Below the pieces are notes generated by a model, which saw only the letters and a list, made by a program, of their open reading frames with translations, made no database searches and was not told where the DNA came from. Below, in pieces: positions 47,227 through 57,194 of a stretch of DNA of 64,000 nucleotides. A program made the translations under genes and the position numbers. Position 1 is the stretch's first letter; the number at the start of each line of letters is the position of its first letter. This stretch comes from an uncultured virus (IMG/VR IMGVR_UViG_3300027763_001732) (lineage: Duplodnaviria; Heunggongvirae; Uroviricota; Caudoviricetes), in IMG/VR virus record IMGVR_UViG_3300027763_001732; one strand, given 5' to 3'.

Positions 47227-48260
47227 TTGCCTGCTTTAAAGTGTTTGTAATCTTCCATCATGGCTTGTTCGCTCATTGGGTTGTCACCACTGGCACGTGT
47301 ACCAGGATAGTTTGGTTTGCCTGTGCCTGTGCCTTTTTGTCCCCAGTCACGGATGTCGCCATGTGCCTGTGGGTCACGTGCTCGAGTATTATCAGGAGTA
47401 TTTTCGTAACCAGACTCTTCTACTTCTTGTTCGCCTTCTGGAGCTGCCGTCTTAGTTACTTCGGCGCCCTTGTTAACACCCGCTAATTTCATGATGTGGA
47501 TAATTTCATCAGGCATGTCAGTTGTCATGCTTAAATTGTTTTCACCATTTTGAATATTCAATGTATATGTTGCTTTCGGAGCTTCTGCTGCCATAGGAAC
47601 TTCCATGTGCGGACCTTCTGGTTCAGCTTCGGCTTCAGGATTACCAATAACTTGGATAGGACTGGCCATGTCGCTGACAGCACTCATTGGACTCATTTCT
47701 GAACCCATTGACATGTCTCCACATTCGTTTACTTTATATTTCTTGCCGCCTACTTCGAATTCTTCCTGACCTGCATCTTTGGCTGCTTTTAATGCGCCAC
47801 TGAATTCATTGCCTTCTTCGACTTCGTCTTCTTTGATTTTTGCTTCTTGAATGCCAGCGTATCTACGTAATAAATTCAAAGCACTTTCTTTCATTGATTT
47901 TTCTTCTTCGCCGGGCTTTTTACCCGTCTGTGGTAAGCCCATCTTACGTTGTAAATCTTTGATCATTTCTTCGTCATCAGGATGTCCTAATGTGTCTAAT
48001 GCTTTTTTGCCGAATTTCTTTAATGTATCTAGTGCGCCTTCGTCAACTTTTTCTTCTTTGTCTTTGAGTGCATCGGACATAGTCTCTTTTTTATTACCAT
48101 CATTATCTGCATCTAAGAAATCTGGCTTTTTACCTTCTTCAACTTTGTCTTTGTCATCACATTCACAAGGAGTGCAACCACATTCAGAGCATTTTTCTTC
48201 TGCTTCAGTGACTTGGCCAATACTGCTTAGTCGTTTCATTAAATCATATAAACTGTTCAT
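47223..48260 (-). CDS. Acidic low-complexity protein, prohead core/internal-protein-like
   Basis: Repeated (V/I/M)xE sites; PDFLDADNDGNK motif. Confidence 0.55.
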   Translation of the reverse strand: MNSLYDLMKRLSSIGQVTEAEEKCSECGCTPCECDDKDKVEEGKKPDFLDADNDGNKKETMSDALKDKEEKVDEGALDTLKKFGKKALDTLGHPDDEEMIKDLQRKMGLPQTGKKPGEEEKSMKESALNLLRRYAGIQEAKIKEDEVEEGNEFSGALKAAKDAGQEEFEVGGKKYKVNECGDMSMGSEMSPMSAVSDMASPIQVIGNPEAEAEPEGPHMEVPMAAEAPKATYTLNIQNGENNLSMTTDMPDEIIHIMKLAGVNKGAEVTKTAAPEGEQEVEESGYENTPDNTRARDPQAHGDIRDWGQKGTGTGKPNYPGTRASGDNPMSEQAMMEDYKHFKAGK

Positions 48261-48271
48261 AATATTTTTCC

Positions 48272-48901
48272 TTATTTCTTAGCAATCACTGGACCGCGAT
48301 TAGCCACTGGACTTTTTTTGTTAGTTGTTGCGCTGTCACCAATCACTGGTGTGCTTGCAGGAACGTCTGGATCTTTAACAATCTTAGGAGTTTTAACTTC
48401 CTTCTTTTTGCTGTCACTGATCTTTTTAAGTTCTTTTAATAAACTGCCGTTAAACTTATCGCCGAATACTTCACTGGATTTGACATTACTGCCTTCGCTT
48501 TTGTCATAGTCTGCGCCCAGTTTAACTTTATATTCTTCTTTTTTATCTTGAAACTTTTCTTCTTCTTGTTCTATTTCTCTATCTTCGTTTGTGCCACGAA
48601 CAACAACAAGTCCTTCGCTGACATTTAATAAACGTGCTAGTTCTTGTTTAAGCATTTCATTACTTACTGGCAAGTTGCTAGTAAAATCAATAATATAAAT
48701 CTCACCCATGTCCAGATTAGGAAAGTCTAATGGACGAGCTTGTAAAATTGTTTTGCTTGGACTTGATACTTTTTCAGCATCATACTTTTGCAAGTGACGC
48801 TCAATCTTGTCCATCATTTCGTCTGTTACTTCGCAGGCGAATTTAACACGCACTTCGTGTTTTTCTTTTAGTTGTTCAATATATTCAAATAGAGTAGGCA
48901 T
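48272..48901 (-). CDS. Hypothetical head-associated protein
   Basis: MPTLFEYIE N-terminus; TAAATA box. Confidence 0.55.
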   Translation of the reverse strand: MPTLFEYIEQLKEKHEVRVKFACEVTDEMMDKIERHLQKYDAEKVSSPSKTILQARPLDFPNLDMGEIYIIDFTSNLPVSNEMLKQELARLLNVSEGLVVVRGTNEDREIEQEEEKFQDKKEEYKVKLGADYDKSEGSNVKSSEVFGDKFNGSLLKELKKISDSKKKEVKTPKIVKDPDVPASTPVIGDSATTNKKSPVANRGPVIAKK

Positions 48902-48918
48902 TTCGTTTCTCCGATACT

Positions 48919-49425
48919 TTATTTATCTTTGTTTTTAAGGTTCTGGCTGATTAGATTCAATATAGCATTGCGATCTGTAGTCAAATCACCCAGGCCTTGT
49001 GGGCCATTATCATCTTCAGTTTTAGCCGTTTGTGCCAGTTTAGCTGCCTTTAATTGTAGATCAATCATCTTTAGCTTCTTGTCCAGTTTGGCTGTTTTAG
49101 CAGAAATGGCATTATTCATCATAGTGCTGGCTACTTCAAATACTTTACCGGCATTTCTATCATCCATGTTGTAGCCAAGATCCATTAGTCTTTCAAAGCT
49201 ATCCATAGCTCTGGCAGCATAATCATCCAAGTCTCGATCTTCTACATCTAATCCTCTAACTGTGGGCAGTGCTTGATCAATTCTATCTGCTATAGTCAGT
49301 TGTTCGTGTACAAGGGCTATAGTTGTTTCTATTGGCACTAGTTTTTCGGCTGTCAGGGGGAGTTGATCCTCTACATCCGATTCTGTATTGTCTACATTAA
49401 AAAAGTCTTCAAGTTTTTTAGTCAT
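48919..49425 (-). CDS. Helical protein, possible terminase small subunit
   Basis: Helical hairpin plus coiled coil ending DRNAIL; between gp4 and terL. Confidence 0.45.
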   Translation of the reverse strand: MTKKLEDFFNVDNTESDVEDQLPLTAEKLVPIETTIALVHEQLTIADRIDQALPTVRGLDVEDRDLDDYAARAMDSFERLMDLGYNMDDRNAGKVFEVASTMMNNAISAKTAKLDKKLKMIDLQLKAAKLAQTAKTEDDNGPQGLGDLTTDRNAILNLISQNLKNKDK

Positions 49426-49886
49426 CGTTTTTTCGTTCTTTTGGCAGCGGTTCTTGGTTGCCAGTTATTGTATATATCTTCTTCGGTGAGTATTCTAAAC
49501 TTCATACCATGTCGTTGGCACCAAAGTCTACATGCTTCCCACTTGGCCATATTTAACACTACAGCCGCTTTTTCCTGCTGTGTATTTGCTTCATCTAGTC
49601 TAGCTTGTTTGCGTGGTTTAACTTCTATGATCTCGCTGATTTTATTACCAGATTTGTCTTGATAAGTGATTAAAAAGTCTGGATAGTATGTTGTATCTTT
49701 ACCTGTAAACGGATTACGATATGGTATGCGTAGACTTTCACTGGCCCATCCTATGACCGCAGGATGATTATCACAGAATCTCATCACTGTTAGTTCCCAA
49801 CTGCTACGATACTTGGGACTATTACTGCCTATATACTTACTTGGGTTAGTAGGGGTAAAAAATCCCTGTGTAAAATTGTAAGCCAT
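49422..49886 (-). CDS. Head completion nuclease (T4 gp4-like)
   Basis: YRSSWE, WASE, YYPDF, IEVKP, KWEA, ILTE. Confidence 0.9.
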   Translation of the reverse strand: MAYNFTQGFFTPTNPSKYIGSNSPKYRSSWELTVMRFCDNHPAVIGWASESLRIPYRNPFTGKDTTYYPDFLITYQDKSGNKISEIIEVKPRKQARLDEANTQQEKAAVVLNMAKWEACRLWCQRHGMKFRILTEEDIYNNWQPRTAAKRTKKR

Positions 49887-50165
49887 TTACACTGCCTGTT
49901 TAGCAATAGCAAGCGGTATGTTGTTTTGATCTATATAACCAATTTGACTGCTGTTTGTTCTTGCTTTATTTAATAATGCATACACTTCATTGTCAAATCG
50001 AAGTCCGTTTGAGTTGACATACTTTAGTAAATCGTCTGTGGACACACCTTGTTCTGTACTAATATCATATAACACTTTTGATAATGCCTTGGCTTGATCA
50101 ACAGCAAGGCCTAATTTTAATAGTTTGCCATAAAGTACGTCATATTTAGATGCTTCTAATGCCAT
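49887..50165 (-). CDS. Hypothetical tail-region protein
   Basis: 92-aa ORF in operon. Confidence 0.55.
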   Translation of the reverse strand: MALEASKYDVLYGKLLKLGLAVDQAKALSKVLYDISTEQGVSTDDLLKYVNSNGLRFDNEVYALLNKARTNSSQIGYIDQNNIPLAIAKQAV

Positions 50166-50168
50166 ATG

Positions 50169-51053
50169 TTAACCTCGACCGCTGGCAAGTCTTGCCTTGA
50201 TTATAGGGTCGTCGCCTGTATAAGGAGCCGCATTTGGATCTCCCAATCTATTAATTGCTTGATCAATTGATCTAGTAGGCGACATTGCTGCCGTTTGAGA
50301 TTGCTTTACACTTTCCGCATTTAAATCTTTGGGAGGAATAGTGTTATTTAATTTAATTTGCTCTTCTACTTGTTTAGCATAAGAGTTGTCTCGATCAGCA
50401 GAAGTTGCCTGCGGACTACCAGTTGTTGCCTGCGGGCTACTGACTGTCGATGAAGTGCTATTAGAATAAGTAACACTTTCATATCGCAGACTTACCTGCC
50501 ATGTAATTGCTTCGCTGGCACTATAATCTAATGTGTCATGTTGCACATCAACAATCTTTGGACGCCATAATGTCACTACACTGGGTGTTTGTAGATTTTC
50601 TCTATCAGCATCTGCGCCGTAAAATCTAGTAATAACAATTTTATCTATGGGACAATCTTTACCAGTCTCTAACATCCTAATACCAAAATCATCAAAGCCT
50701 TTACGCATGGACTTTGTCTGTGGCGCAAAATTACCACTGACGATGTTCATATAGTTTTTAATAAAAGTTTGAAACCTATTATCTAACGTATCAGTAAATG
50801 AAATACTAATCGGTTCAAAGTTAATTTTAGTTGGAATAGGTTGACGCACATTCCATGCGTTTGCTACTTCTGTTTCTATGCTATACTTAGGAAGTTCAAT
50901 CGTGCGAACAGCATCAAATATCAGCCTAGCTGGTGTTTGAAGTTGTCCTGTATACTGTGAGCTAAAGATTTCTACTTTAAAATGGAACTTTAGGCGAGCC
51001 GCTTTAAGACCGCCTAAGTTATACCATTTCATAGCGTCAGTTAATGCCGCCAT
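50169..51053 (-). CDS. Tail tube-like / baseplate tube initiator (gp54/gp19 fold)
   Basis: ELPKY, FEPISISFTD, LDYS..VSLRYE. Confidence 0.7.
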   Translation of the reverse strand: MAALTDAMKWYNLGGLKAARLKFHFKVEIFSSQYTGQLQTPARLIFDAVRTIELPKYSIETEVANAWNVRQPIPTKINFEPISISFTDTLDNRFQTFIKNYMNIVSGNFAPQTKSMRKGFDDFGIRMLETGKDCPIDKIVITRFYGADADRENLQTPSVVTLWRPKIVDVQHDTLDYSASEAITWQVSLRYESVTYSNSTSSTVSSPQATTGSPQATSADRDNSYAKQVEEQIKLNNTIPPKDLNAESVKQSQTAAMSPTRSIDQAINRLGDPNAAPYTGDDPIIKARLASGRG

Positions 51054-51062
51054 GTATTATCC

Positions 51063-51674
51063 TTATGTTGCAGAGTTACCTGCGCCAATCGGTAATACGC
51101 CAGTAGTCAATCCGCCTTGTGTAGTAGCTGATCCAACTGCTTCACCGTGAATGTCTGCGGCGTCGTAACGTATCTGTAGTGTAATTTGCATTACATCGCT
51201 GGTTGCATAGTTATTTTCGCCGTAGTTTACGTTTTGGATGAAACATCCATTTAAACTCCAACTTTCAATGACTAGTCCTGGTTGACTACCATCCAGCTGT
51301 TCAATTACCATGCCAAACTTATAGTCACGTCCTGCTGTTGGAGCACTTTGCAGACCTTGGTTTAATTGCTTTTGTAATTGACTTGCTACAGCTTTAGTAA
51401 CTGTACCGTTGATGTCGTCACGTAAAGTTAAAGTAACGGGTTCCCATGTGTGCTTACCAGCAAGGTAAGCACGACTGTTGTACGCATCTAATGTAACTTC
51501 ATCGTGTGTTAGACTGGGTCTAGTTACACTAATTACGTTCTGTGTCATCGCAACCGTACTACCGTTGTTTCTACCAAAGTCATATAAATTAACTCTGAAT
51601 CGATATTGGAGTTTAGGCATCACCATTGCATTAGTGCCTGTTGTTGGAACTCCAAATTGTGTTAAATCTGCCAT
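51063..51674 (-). CDS. Tail tube protein (gp19-like)
   Basis: PKLQYRFRV, AGKHTWEPVTLTLRD, ITLQIRYD; follows sheath. Confidence 0.9.
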   Translation of the reverse strand: MADLTQFGVPTTGTNAMVMPKLQYRFRVNLYDFGRNNGSTVAMTQNVISVTRPSLTHDEVTLDAYNSRAYLAGKHTWEPVTLTLRDDINGTVTKAVASQLQKQLNQGLQSAPTAGRDYKFGMVIEQLDGSQPGLVIESWSLNGCFIQNVNYGENNYATSDVMQITLQIRYDAADIHGEAVGSATTQGGLTTGVLPIGAGNSAT

Positions 51675-51705
51675 GTTGTTTCTCCTTCGGCTATTTTATT
51701 TATCA

Positions 51706-54135
51706 TTATGATAACTCGCCTGTGTTAACAACACGAACTGGAATGTAAATGAACTCAGCAGCCTTAACTGGCTCGATGGCAACATCTACATATAATTCGT
51801 TTCTGTCAATTCTAGCAGGTGTGTTGTTTGTTTCATCACAGACAACAATGAAGTCATAGATAGCACGTTTGGCAAGCAACTCGCCTAGGAAACTATCAAA
51901 TACTTGTTTTACGTTAGCACGAGTAATCTTGTCGTTTGGTTCAAATATGAACGGACGTGCAAGAGGATCAAAACGCTCACGTAAGTAAGCCAATAAACGA
52001 GCAACGTTAACTCTATCTAAAGCACTAGAACCAGTTTGTAATGTTTTCTGACCGAAAACATAAACACCTTGTCCTGGGAAACGTGCAATTGGATTTAAAC
52101 CAACTCTACTGCCATCGCCGTACAATGTATCACGCTGACCTGTTGTCAATGCCACTGGTATAAATTCGCCTTCTCCGTTGATGTAACCCACGTTACTTGC
52201 ATTGGTTACAACACCGCGTGTTAAACCAGCTGGAGCGAACCAAGGATAAGCAACTTGGTCGTTGTATGCATAAGTTCTTAGAACAACGTGACTTGCTGGA
52301 ACAACAACATCGTTGCCACTTAAATCAGTTGCCAATGCACTTGGATAGTAACATGCTGCCTGATATGCAGAGCCACCGCTGACAATTAAACCATCTTCGC
52401 CTGTGCTACTTGCATTATTACCGCTCATCCAGTCAATTAATGTTTGACCTTGTGGGGCTAAACGCAATGGAGTATCTACGATAACAAATGCTGTTTCTTT
52501 ACGATCTGTGTTCAATGACAACATTTCGTCGATTAGTTCTGGATAACCTGGAGCCGCAATCAGTGTAAAGAAGGTCATTTCTTCACGAATTGTTTCATTG
52601 CTAGAAACCGCGCTTTGTAATGATTTAACTACTGCTCGACGTTGTGCTTTACGCAACATATATGGGCTACCGTCTTCTTTGTTACCGCTGAATGTAAACC
52701 ATGCTTTGTCGCCTGTAGCAACACCGCTGGCATCTAGTACATCACTGTATTGTTTAACGTTACCCGTTGAAACAATACCATTCCATAATAAAATACCATT
52801 TGGATACAATAAAGGATCAGGAGCATTTTCGTCAACTGCCGTTGCACCGCCTGTGCCATTTGTAGTGTCGCTTGGTGTATATGTTAAATCAGCAAATACA
52901 ACACCATTAGGAGTTGTTTGATCTGTTACATTGCGAGAAACCCAAGAACTACCATCGTATTCATAAATTGCAGGATAGTTTTCTACATCACTACTGTCAA
53001 TCCAGAAGTCACCGTTTGCAGGACTACTCGGAGAATTAGAATCGATAGTGATATCGGTGCCTATCGGTTCCCATTGACTATTTGCTTTTACATATAAGTC
53101 AACTGCCAAACTAGTATTGTACCATAATGCACCGTCTATTGTTGCACCTACAGGAGCACTAGCACCAGATTGTTCATCTAATGAACTCCAATTGCTGCCG
53201 TCATAATAACGTAATTCTACATTGGCACTTCCAGTGTCTGCTTTAGCATATACTTTACCTGCAGATAATGCACTTGCAAAACCTGTAGTGGCCGCCGAGT
53301 CATTGGCATAAACAGGAGTTGCTACAATTACCCACGGGCTACTGTCTGGAATATTAGCACTTACATATTTTTTAACTGCTAAACTTAAACCATTGTTAGG
53401 ACTTGTAGTCTTTAACCATACATCGCCAGCCGCTGTTGCTGTAGGAATATTGTAGTGAGCTGAAACAAAAACTGTAGGGATTGCAGTATTTGTTGTTGTA
53501 CAAATTTCCCAAGCGCCTGATACTTTTTTATACACTTGATAACTAGAAACTGTAGAAGTTGCTACAACTGCATAATCACCGTTGGCACCAATGCCAACAT
53601 AAGGAGTAACACCCAAACTGTTAGTAGTGTCGTTGGCGTCAGTGATAACTAAAGGAGTTTTTGCAACCCAACTAGATGTACCAATTGCTGATGCTTCAAA
53701 AATACCCCAGCTTGTATTAGCCAAGTCTAGCCAGTATGTACCATTGGCAGGTGCGCCAGCTGGTTCAATGTCTGTTGGTTCTAATTGTAGCAAATCAATG
53801 TCTGCACGTAAAACATAAGCACGATTGGCAAGACCCAAATAGCTGTAAGCAGACAATAAGCCATACTCGTTGACTTCTGAACCATGTACTGCTGTACCGT
53901 TTACTGTTTTAAATTTTGGTTGACCAAATTGCTCGACAAGTTCGCGTTGACTTGTTAGCAAATAGGGCTTATTGGCATTTGCAGGAATTGTTCCTGTTGC
54001 ATAGCCTGTGCCACTTACATTGTCTTTGTTAGACTGTGTGGCTAAAATGATTAAAGGAACTGTTCCTTGGCCAGCAGATCCGAATTGACTTTGGTCAATA
54101 ATCGAAATCTCTACGCCTGGTGATGTTAGTGCCAT
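51706..54135 (-). CDS. Contractile tail sheath protein (gp18-like)
   Basis: SPGVEI, WFAPAGLTRG, GQKT, DRVNVARL, FEPND, CDETNN, AEFIY. Confidence 0.96.
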   Translation of the reverse strand: MALTSPGVEISIIDQSQFGSAGQGTVPLIILATQSNKDNVSGTGYATGTIPANANKPYLLTSQRELVEQFGQPKFKTVNGTAVHGSEVNEYGLLSAYSYLGLANRAYVLRADIDLLQLEPTDIEPAGAPANGTYWLDLANTSWGIFEASAIGTSSWVAKTPLVITDANDTTNSLGVTPYVGIGANGDYAVVATSTVSSYQVYKKVSGAWEICTTTNTAIPTVFVSAHYNIPTATAAGDVWLKTTSPNNGLSLAVKKYVSANIPDSSPWVIVATPVYANDSAATTGFASALSAGKVYAKADTGSANVELRYYDGSNWSSLDEQSGASAPVGATIDGALWYNTSLAVDLYVKANSQWEPIGTDITIDSNSPSSPANGDFWIDSSDVENYPAIYEYDGSSWVSRNVTDQTTPNGVVFADLTYTPSDTTNGTGGATAVDENAPDPLLYPNGILLWNGIVSTGNVKQYSDVLDASGVATGDKAWFTFSGNKEDGSPYMLRKAQRRAVVKSLQSAVSSNETIREEMTFFTLIAAPGYPELIDEMLSLNTDRKETAFVIVDTPLRLAPQGQTLIDWMSGNNASSTGEDGLIVSGGSAYQAACYYPSALATDLSGNDVVVPASHVVLRTYAYNDQVAYPWFAPAGLTRGVVTNASNVGYINGEGEFIPVALTTGQRDTLYGDGSRVGLNPIARFPGQGVYVFGQKTLQTGSSALDRVNVARLLAYLRERFDPLARPFIFEPNDKITRANVKQVFDSFLGELLAKRAIYDFIVVCDETNNTPARIDRNELYVDVAIEPVKAAEFIYIPVRVVNTGELS

Positions 54136-54202
54136 TTGTTTTCTCCTCTATAGGTTATACATATTTATACTATTTCGGAGAAACCAGGCTATTTAGCGGA
54201 AT

Positions 54203-54835
54203 TCATATTTTCGAGCGTTCGGGTTGCACCACTGTTTCTACTTGATTAAACAAAGAGTCTAATGTAGAATTATTATCTAACATATAATCAAACTTAGTAC
54301 CTACCCAAGCTGTTTCACTGGCATGAACACCCAATGCTTTGAGCTTTGCGGCAGCAAATGCATCACCTTCATTTGCTTTGGAGGCCATAATATACCAACT
54401 AGGCAATTCTCCCCGGGCAACACAAACAATAATGCCGGTGGCATTTTTAATACTAGCTATTTCATTAGGAAATCTACAATCACTGATAACAATGTTATCT
54501 TTGCTTCTGCGTAATTTATTCTCTACACTAGCAATCCAAATGTCATCATGAAAGCCTCGACGGCATACCTCCGTGCCCCATTGCTGTAATACCCAACGCG
54601 GTGTTAGATTAGGCAAGTTTAATCGCTCTGCCCACCATGGATCTACTTGTTCACGCCATTCACGTGCTTCTTTAGTACGACCTTCCAGCATAACTCTATC
54701 CCAGCCAAATACTGCGGCCACTGCATCTTTTAATGTGTTAGCAAAACTTTCACGACGAAAGCCGTGTACATTTACTAGATAGTCTGCAATGGTATCTTTA
54801 CCACTGCCAATAAAACCACATACGCCGATAATCAT
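54203..54835 (-). CDS. Deoxynucleoside monophosphate kinase (gp1-like)
   Basis: GFIGSGKDT, FANTLK, TPR.VLQQWGTE, SDCRFPNE, HASE. Confidence 0.92.
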   Translation of the reverse strand: MIIGVCGFIGSGKDTIADYLVNVHGFRRESFANTLKDAVAAVFGWDRVMLEGRTKEAREWREQVDPWWAERLNLPNLTPRWVLQQWGTEVCRRGFHDDIWIASVENKLRRSKDNIVISDCRFPNEIASIKNATGIIVCVARGELPSWYIMASKANEGDAFAAAKLKALGVHASETAWVGTKFDYMLDNNSTLDSLFNQVETVVQPERSKI

Positions 54836-55317
54836 TTTAATGTCTCCTCCAGCCATAGTTTACAGTCAGGCCATTGTTTATATATGTGAGATAGCCCTCC
54901 GGCACTGCGCCATTCTTCGCAGTTACTTGTTCTGTCATCAATTAGTATATCTCCTTCTTGACAGTGACGATGTTTGTCGTGACTGAATGGTCCAAAGAAT
55001 ACTGTGATATCAGGATAGCGTTCATGTGCCCACCATACTTTATCGCTGGCAGCATAGGGCATTGTATAGTCATGGGGTAATGCTGTTAGAAAGAATAAAC
55101 CACAGTTTGTTCGATCTCTGTAGTCCCTGCACCACTGTACAAGTTCATCGGCGCCAGGTTTTTTAGGAAGGTCCCGATAGAATCGTTGTCGTGTTTGTAG
55201 TTTTTTCCAATCAGCGTCTGGAATTCTTTGTCCGTAATCCCAGTTGCGCTGTACCATTTCACGAGCAGTCTTCATCCAGTCTGCTACTACGTCATCCATG
55301 TCAAGATATATGTTCAT
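54832..55317 (-). CDS. HAD-family 5'(3')-deoxyribonucleotidase
   Basis: YLDMDDVVAD, FLTA, ILIDDR. Confidence 0.88.
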   Translation of the reverse strand: MNIYLDMDDVVADWMKTAREMVQRNWDYGQRIPDADWKKLQTRQRFYRDLPKKPGADELVQWCRDYRDRTNCGLFFLTALPHDYTMPYAASDKVWWAHERYPDITVFFGPFSHDKHRHCQEGDILIDDRTSNCEEWRSAGGLSHIYKQWPDCKLWLEETLK

Positions 55318-55323
55318 GCTAAT

Positions 55324-55352
55324 ATTATATAGCAAACAAATCTACTTGTCAA
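55324..55352 (-). promoter_or_regulatory. sigma70 consensus promoter
   Basis: TTGACA-17-TATAAT. Confidence 0.8.
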
Positions 55353-55359
55353 CGGTATT

Positions 55360-55551
55360 TTACTTTTTAGGAGTGGGATTTTCGCCAGTTAATTTTGGTC
55401 TAGCGAACCATAACTTGAACCATTCGTCGGTGCCTGGACGAATGTTATTCTTACGCATGTACTCACCTTTGTCTGTTCCAATCTCACCGGTGATGGGACT
55501 GACTGCATTTTTATCAATGCCGGCAAGTTTGCGTAATTTATCTTTATCCAA
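55360..55551 (-). CDS. Small hypothetical protein
   Basis: LRKLAGI..IRPGTDEWFKLWF. Confidence 0.6.
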   Translation of the reverse strand: MDKDKLRKLAGIDKNAVSPITGEIGTDKGEYMRKNNIRPGTDEWFKLWFARPKLTGENPTPKK

Positions 55552-56290
55552 TTATGAATCCCAATGGGTCACTGCCGTCTGCATATAGTTTTAAGTCTTC
55601 TTCTAACTTTTCCATGTCGGCGGCTGCTTCTGATTTTAAATTGTCACCATTTAAACTTGTTCCACCTTGTGGTCCTGCAATAGTACTAAACTTACTACGA
55701 GCTTCTCCTAATATAAACTTGGCCTGTGCCATGGCGTAGTCTTTGATCCAAGGACCACAATATACATCGTTTAATAACTCGTCATCGGCTTTTTCAACAA
55801 ACGTCCAAAGATACACTTCGTCATCTGCTCTAAACTTACGGTGTATGAATAACGTACGATCACTAGGATTAAATGTAAAAGTGCAGTATGCTCCGAACAT
55901 ACGTGCTAAAAGTTCCCTGCGATCTGCATATAGTTCATAGTTTAATAAACCTGAGAAGTTGGTGTTACTTTGTAATAACATGTTACTCAAGTACATTGTA
56001 TTGAATGGTTCGAAGTCAACACCAGTACTGCTAATGCCCATGGCACCAGTGCTTCGTAAAAATACATCACGAATATTAACCACCTGTTGCGGCAGTTGAT
56101 ATTCTTGCTGTTCCATTTTAATGTTTAACTTAAGAAACTTTTCTATAACTGATCTACTGCCGCGTTGACGATATTTGCGTAGTGCTTTTGAAATAGCCAG
56201 CTCATAGTGATCTGAATCCAGTTCGACATCGACCATACCGCCACCTAGGCGTAATTCTATCTCTCTAATTAATTCGTCTTTCACGCTCAT
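55544..56290 (-). CDS. Neck protein (gp13-like)
   Basis: RLGGGMVDVEL, WIKDYA, ARSKF..GPQGG.SLNG. Confidence 0.85.
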   Translation of the reverse strand: MSVKDELIREIELRLGGGMVDVELDSDHYELAISKALRKYRQRGSRSVIEKFLKLNIKMEQQEYQLPQQVVNIRDVFLRSTGAMGISSTGVDFEPFNTMYLSNMLLQSNTNFSGLLNYELYADRRELLARMFGAYCTFTFNPSDRTLFIHRKFRADDEVYLWTFVEKADDELLNDVYCGPWIKDYAMAQAKFILGEARSKFSTIAGPQGGTSLNGDNLKSEAAADMEKLEEDLKLYADGSDPLGFIIG

Positions 56291-56347
56291 AAGAAAATCT
56301 CCCGTTATGTATATTTAGCGGGAGATTTAAGTTTAGAAGTTTAGATT

Positions 56348-57181
56348 TTAGTCTACTGCCGGGCTAAAGGCTTTTACTTGCTGGATTTTTGTTTCAATTT
56401 TAACTTCGTCAAAATAGACAATCTGTGTTGGCATGGGTCCATTATTTCTGCTAATCAAGGTGTTGTAAATACCATATTTAACAAAGAAATCTTTGGCTGT
56501 GTAATTAACAAGAGGTTTGTTAATCGAACCTTTAAGTTGTCCATTTACATAAACGTGAACAAAACCCTGGGTCTGTGAAGTTGAAAAATGTAATGCTACA
56601 TCTGTCCATTTTTCTTTCATCTCATCAATCTTAGACATTTTAATATCTGTACATACCGTGGTTCCAGCTGCCGGGTTTGTTAATTCTTGCCAACAAAAGT
56701 TGTACTCGTTGCCCAGCATGTATAACTGAAACAGTGATGGTGCTGATGCAAAACCTGCATAAGTACCAGTGGGACCGTTTCTAGGTTTGATTTGTCCAAC
56801 AGTGCTTTTTACAGTACTAGAAGTTTGAAAATCATTTGGCAGAAACAAAGAGAATGCAAACCAGTATTCTTTACCGCTTGTCATATTTTGTTCTACTACG
56901 ACCTCGGTTCTAGAACGATCAGTAGTGCAATCATTCCATCCTGGCTGAGTAGCACAATCACCTGCTCGCAACTCAAATCGTTGAGCAGTTTTTCCAGCTC
57001 TAACAGGCTCTGGATTTTGAACTATTTGATAGCCATGAGGCGTGTTGCTCAATGACCTAGTCACTGTGAGTTTTTGGTACCTATCAGTAGCAACAACATC
57101 ATTTTTGACAATTTCAGCATTACCACTATAACATGCTGTTAATAAAACAATTAATAATGAAGCTAATATGGTTTTTTTCAT
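56348..57181 (-). CDS. Lipoprotein with polysaccharide-lyase-like beta-sandwich
   Basis: LTAC lipobox; RFELRAGDC, RSRTE, KYGIY, VYFDEV. Confidence 0.75.
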   Translation of the reverse strand: MKKTILASLLIVLLTACYSGNAEIVKNDVVATDRYQKLTVTRSLSNTPHGYQIVQNPEPVRAGKTAQRFELRAGDCATQPGWNDCTTDRSRTEVVVEQNMTSGKEYWFAFSLFLPNDFQTSSTVKSTVGQIKPRNGPTGTYAGFASAPSLFQLYMLGNEYNFCWQELTNPAAGTTVCTDIKMSKIDEMKEKWTDVALHFSTSQTQGFVHVYVNGQLKGSINKPLVNYTAKDFFVKYGIYNTLISRNNGPMPTQIVYFDEVKIETKIQQVKAFSPAVD

Positions 57182-57194
57182 TTAATTTTAGTAG

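Noticed and set aside
49422..49886. TnsA-like nuclease suggesting a Tn7 element
   Set aside because: Context and motifs match T4 gp4; no transposase or terminal repeats.
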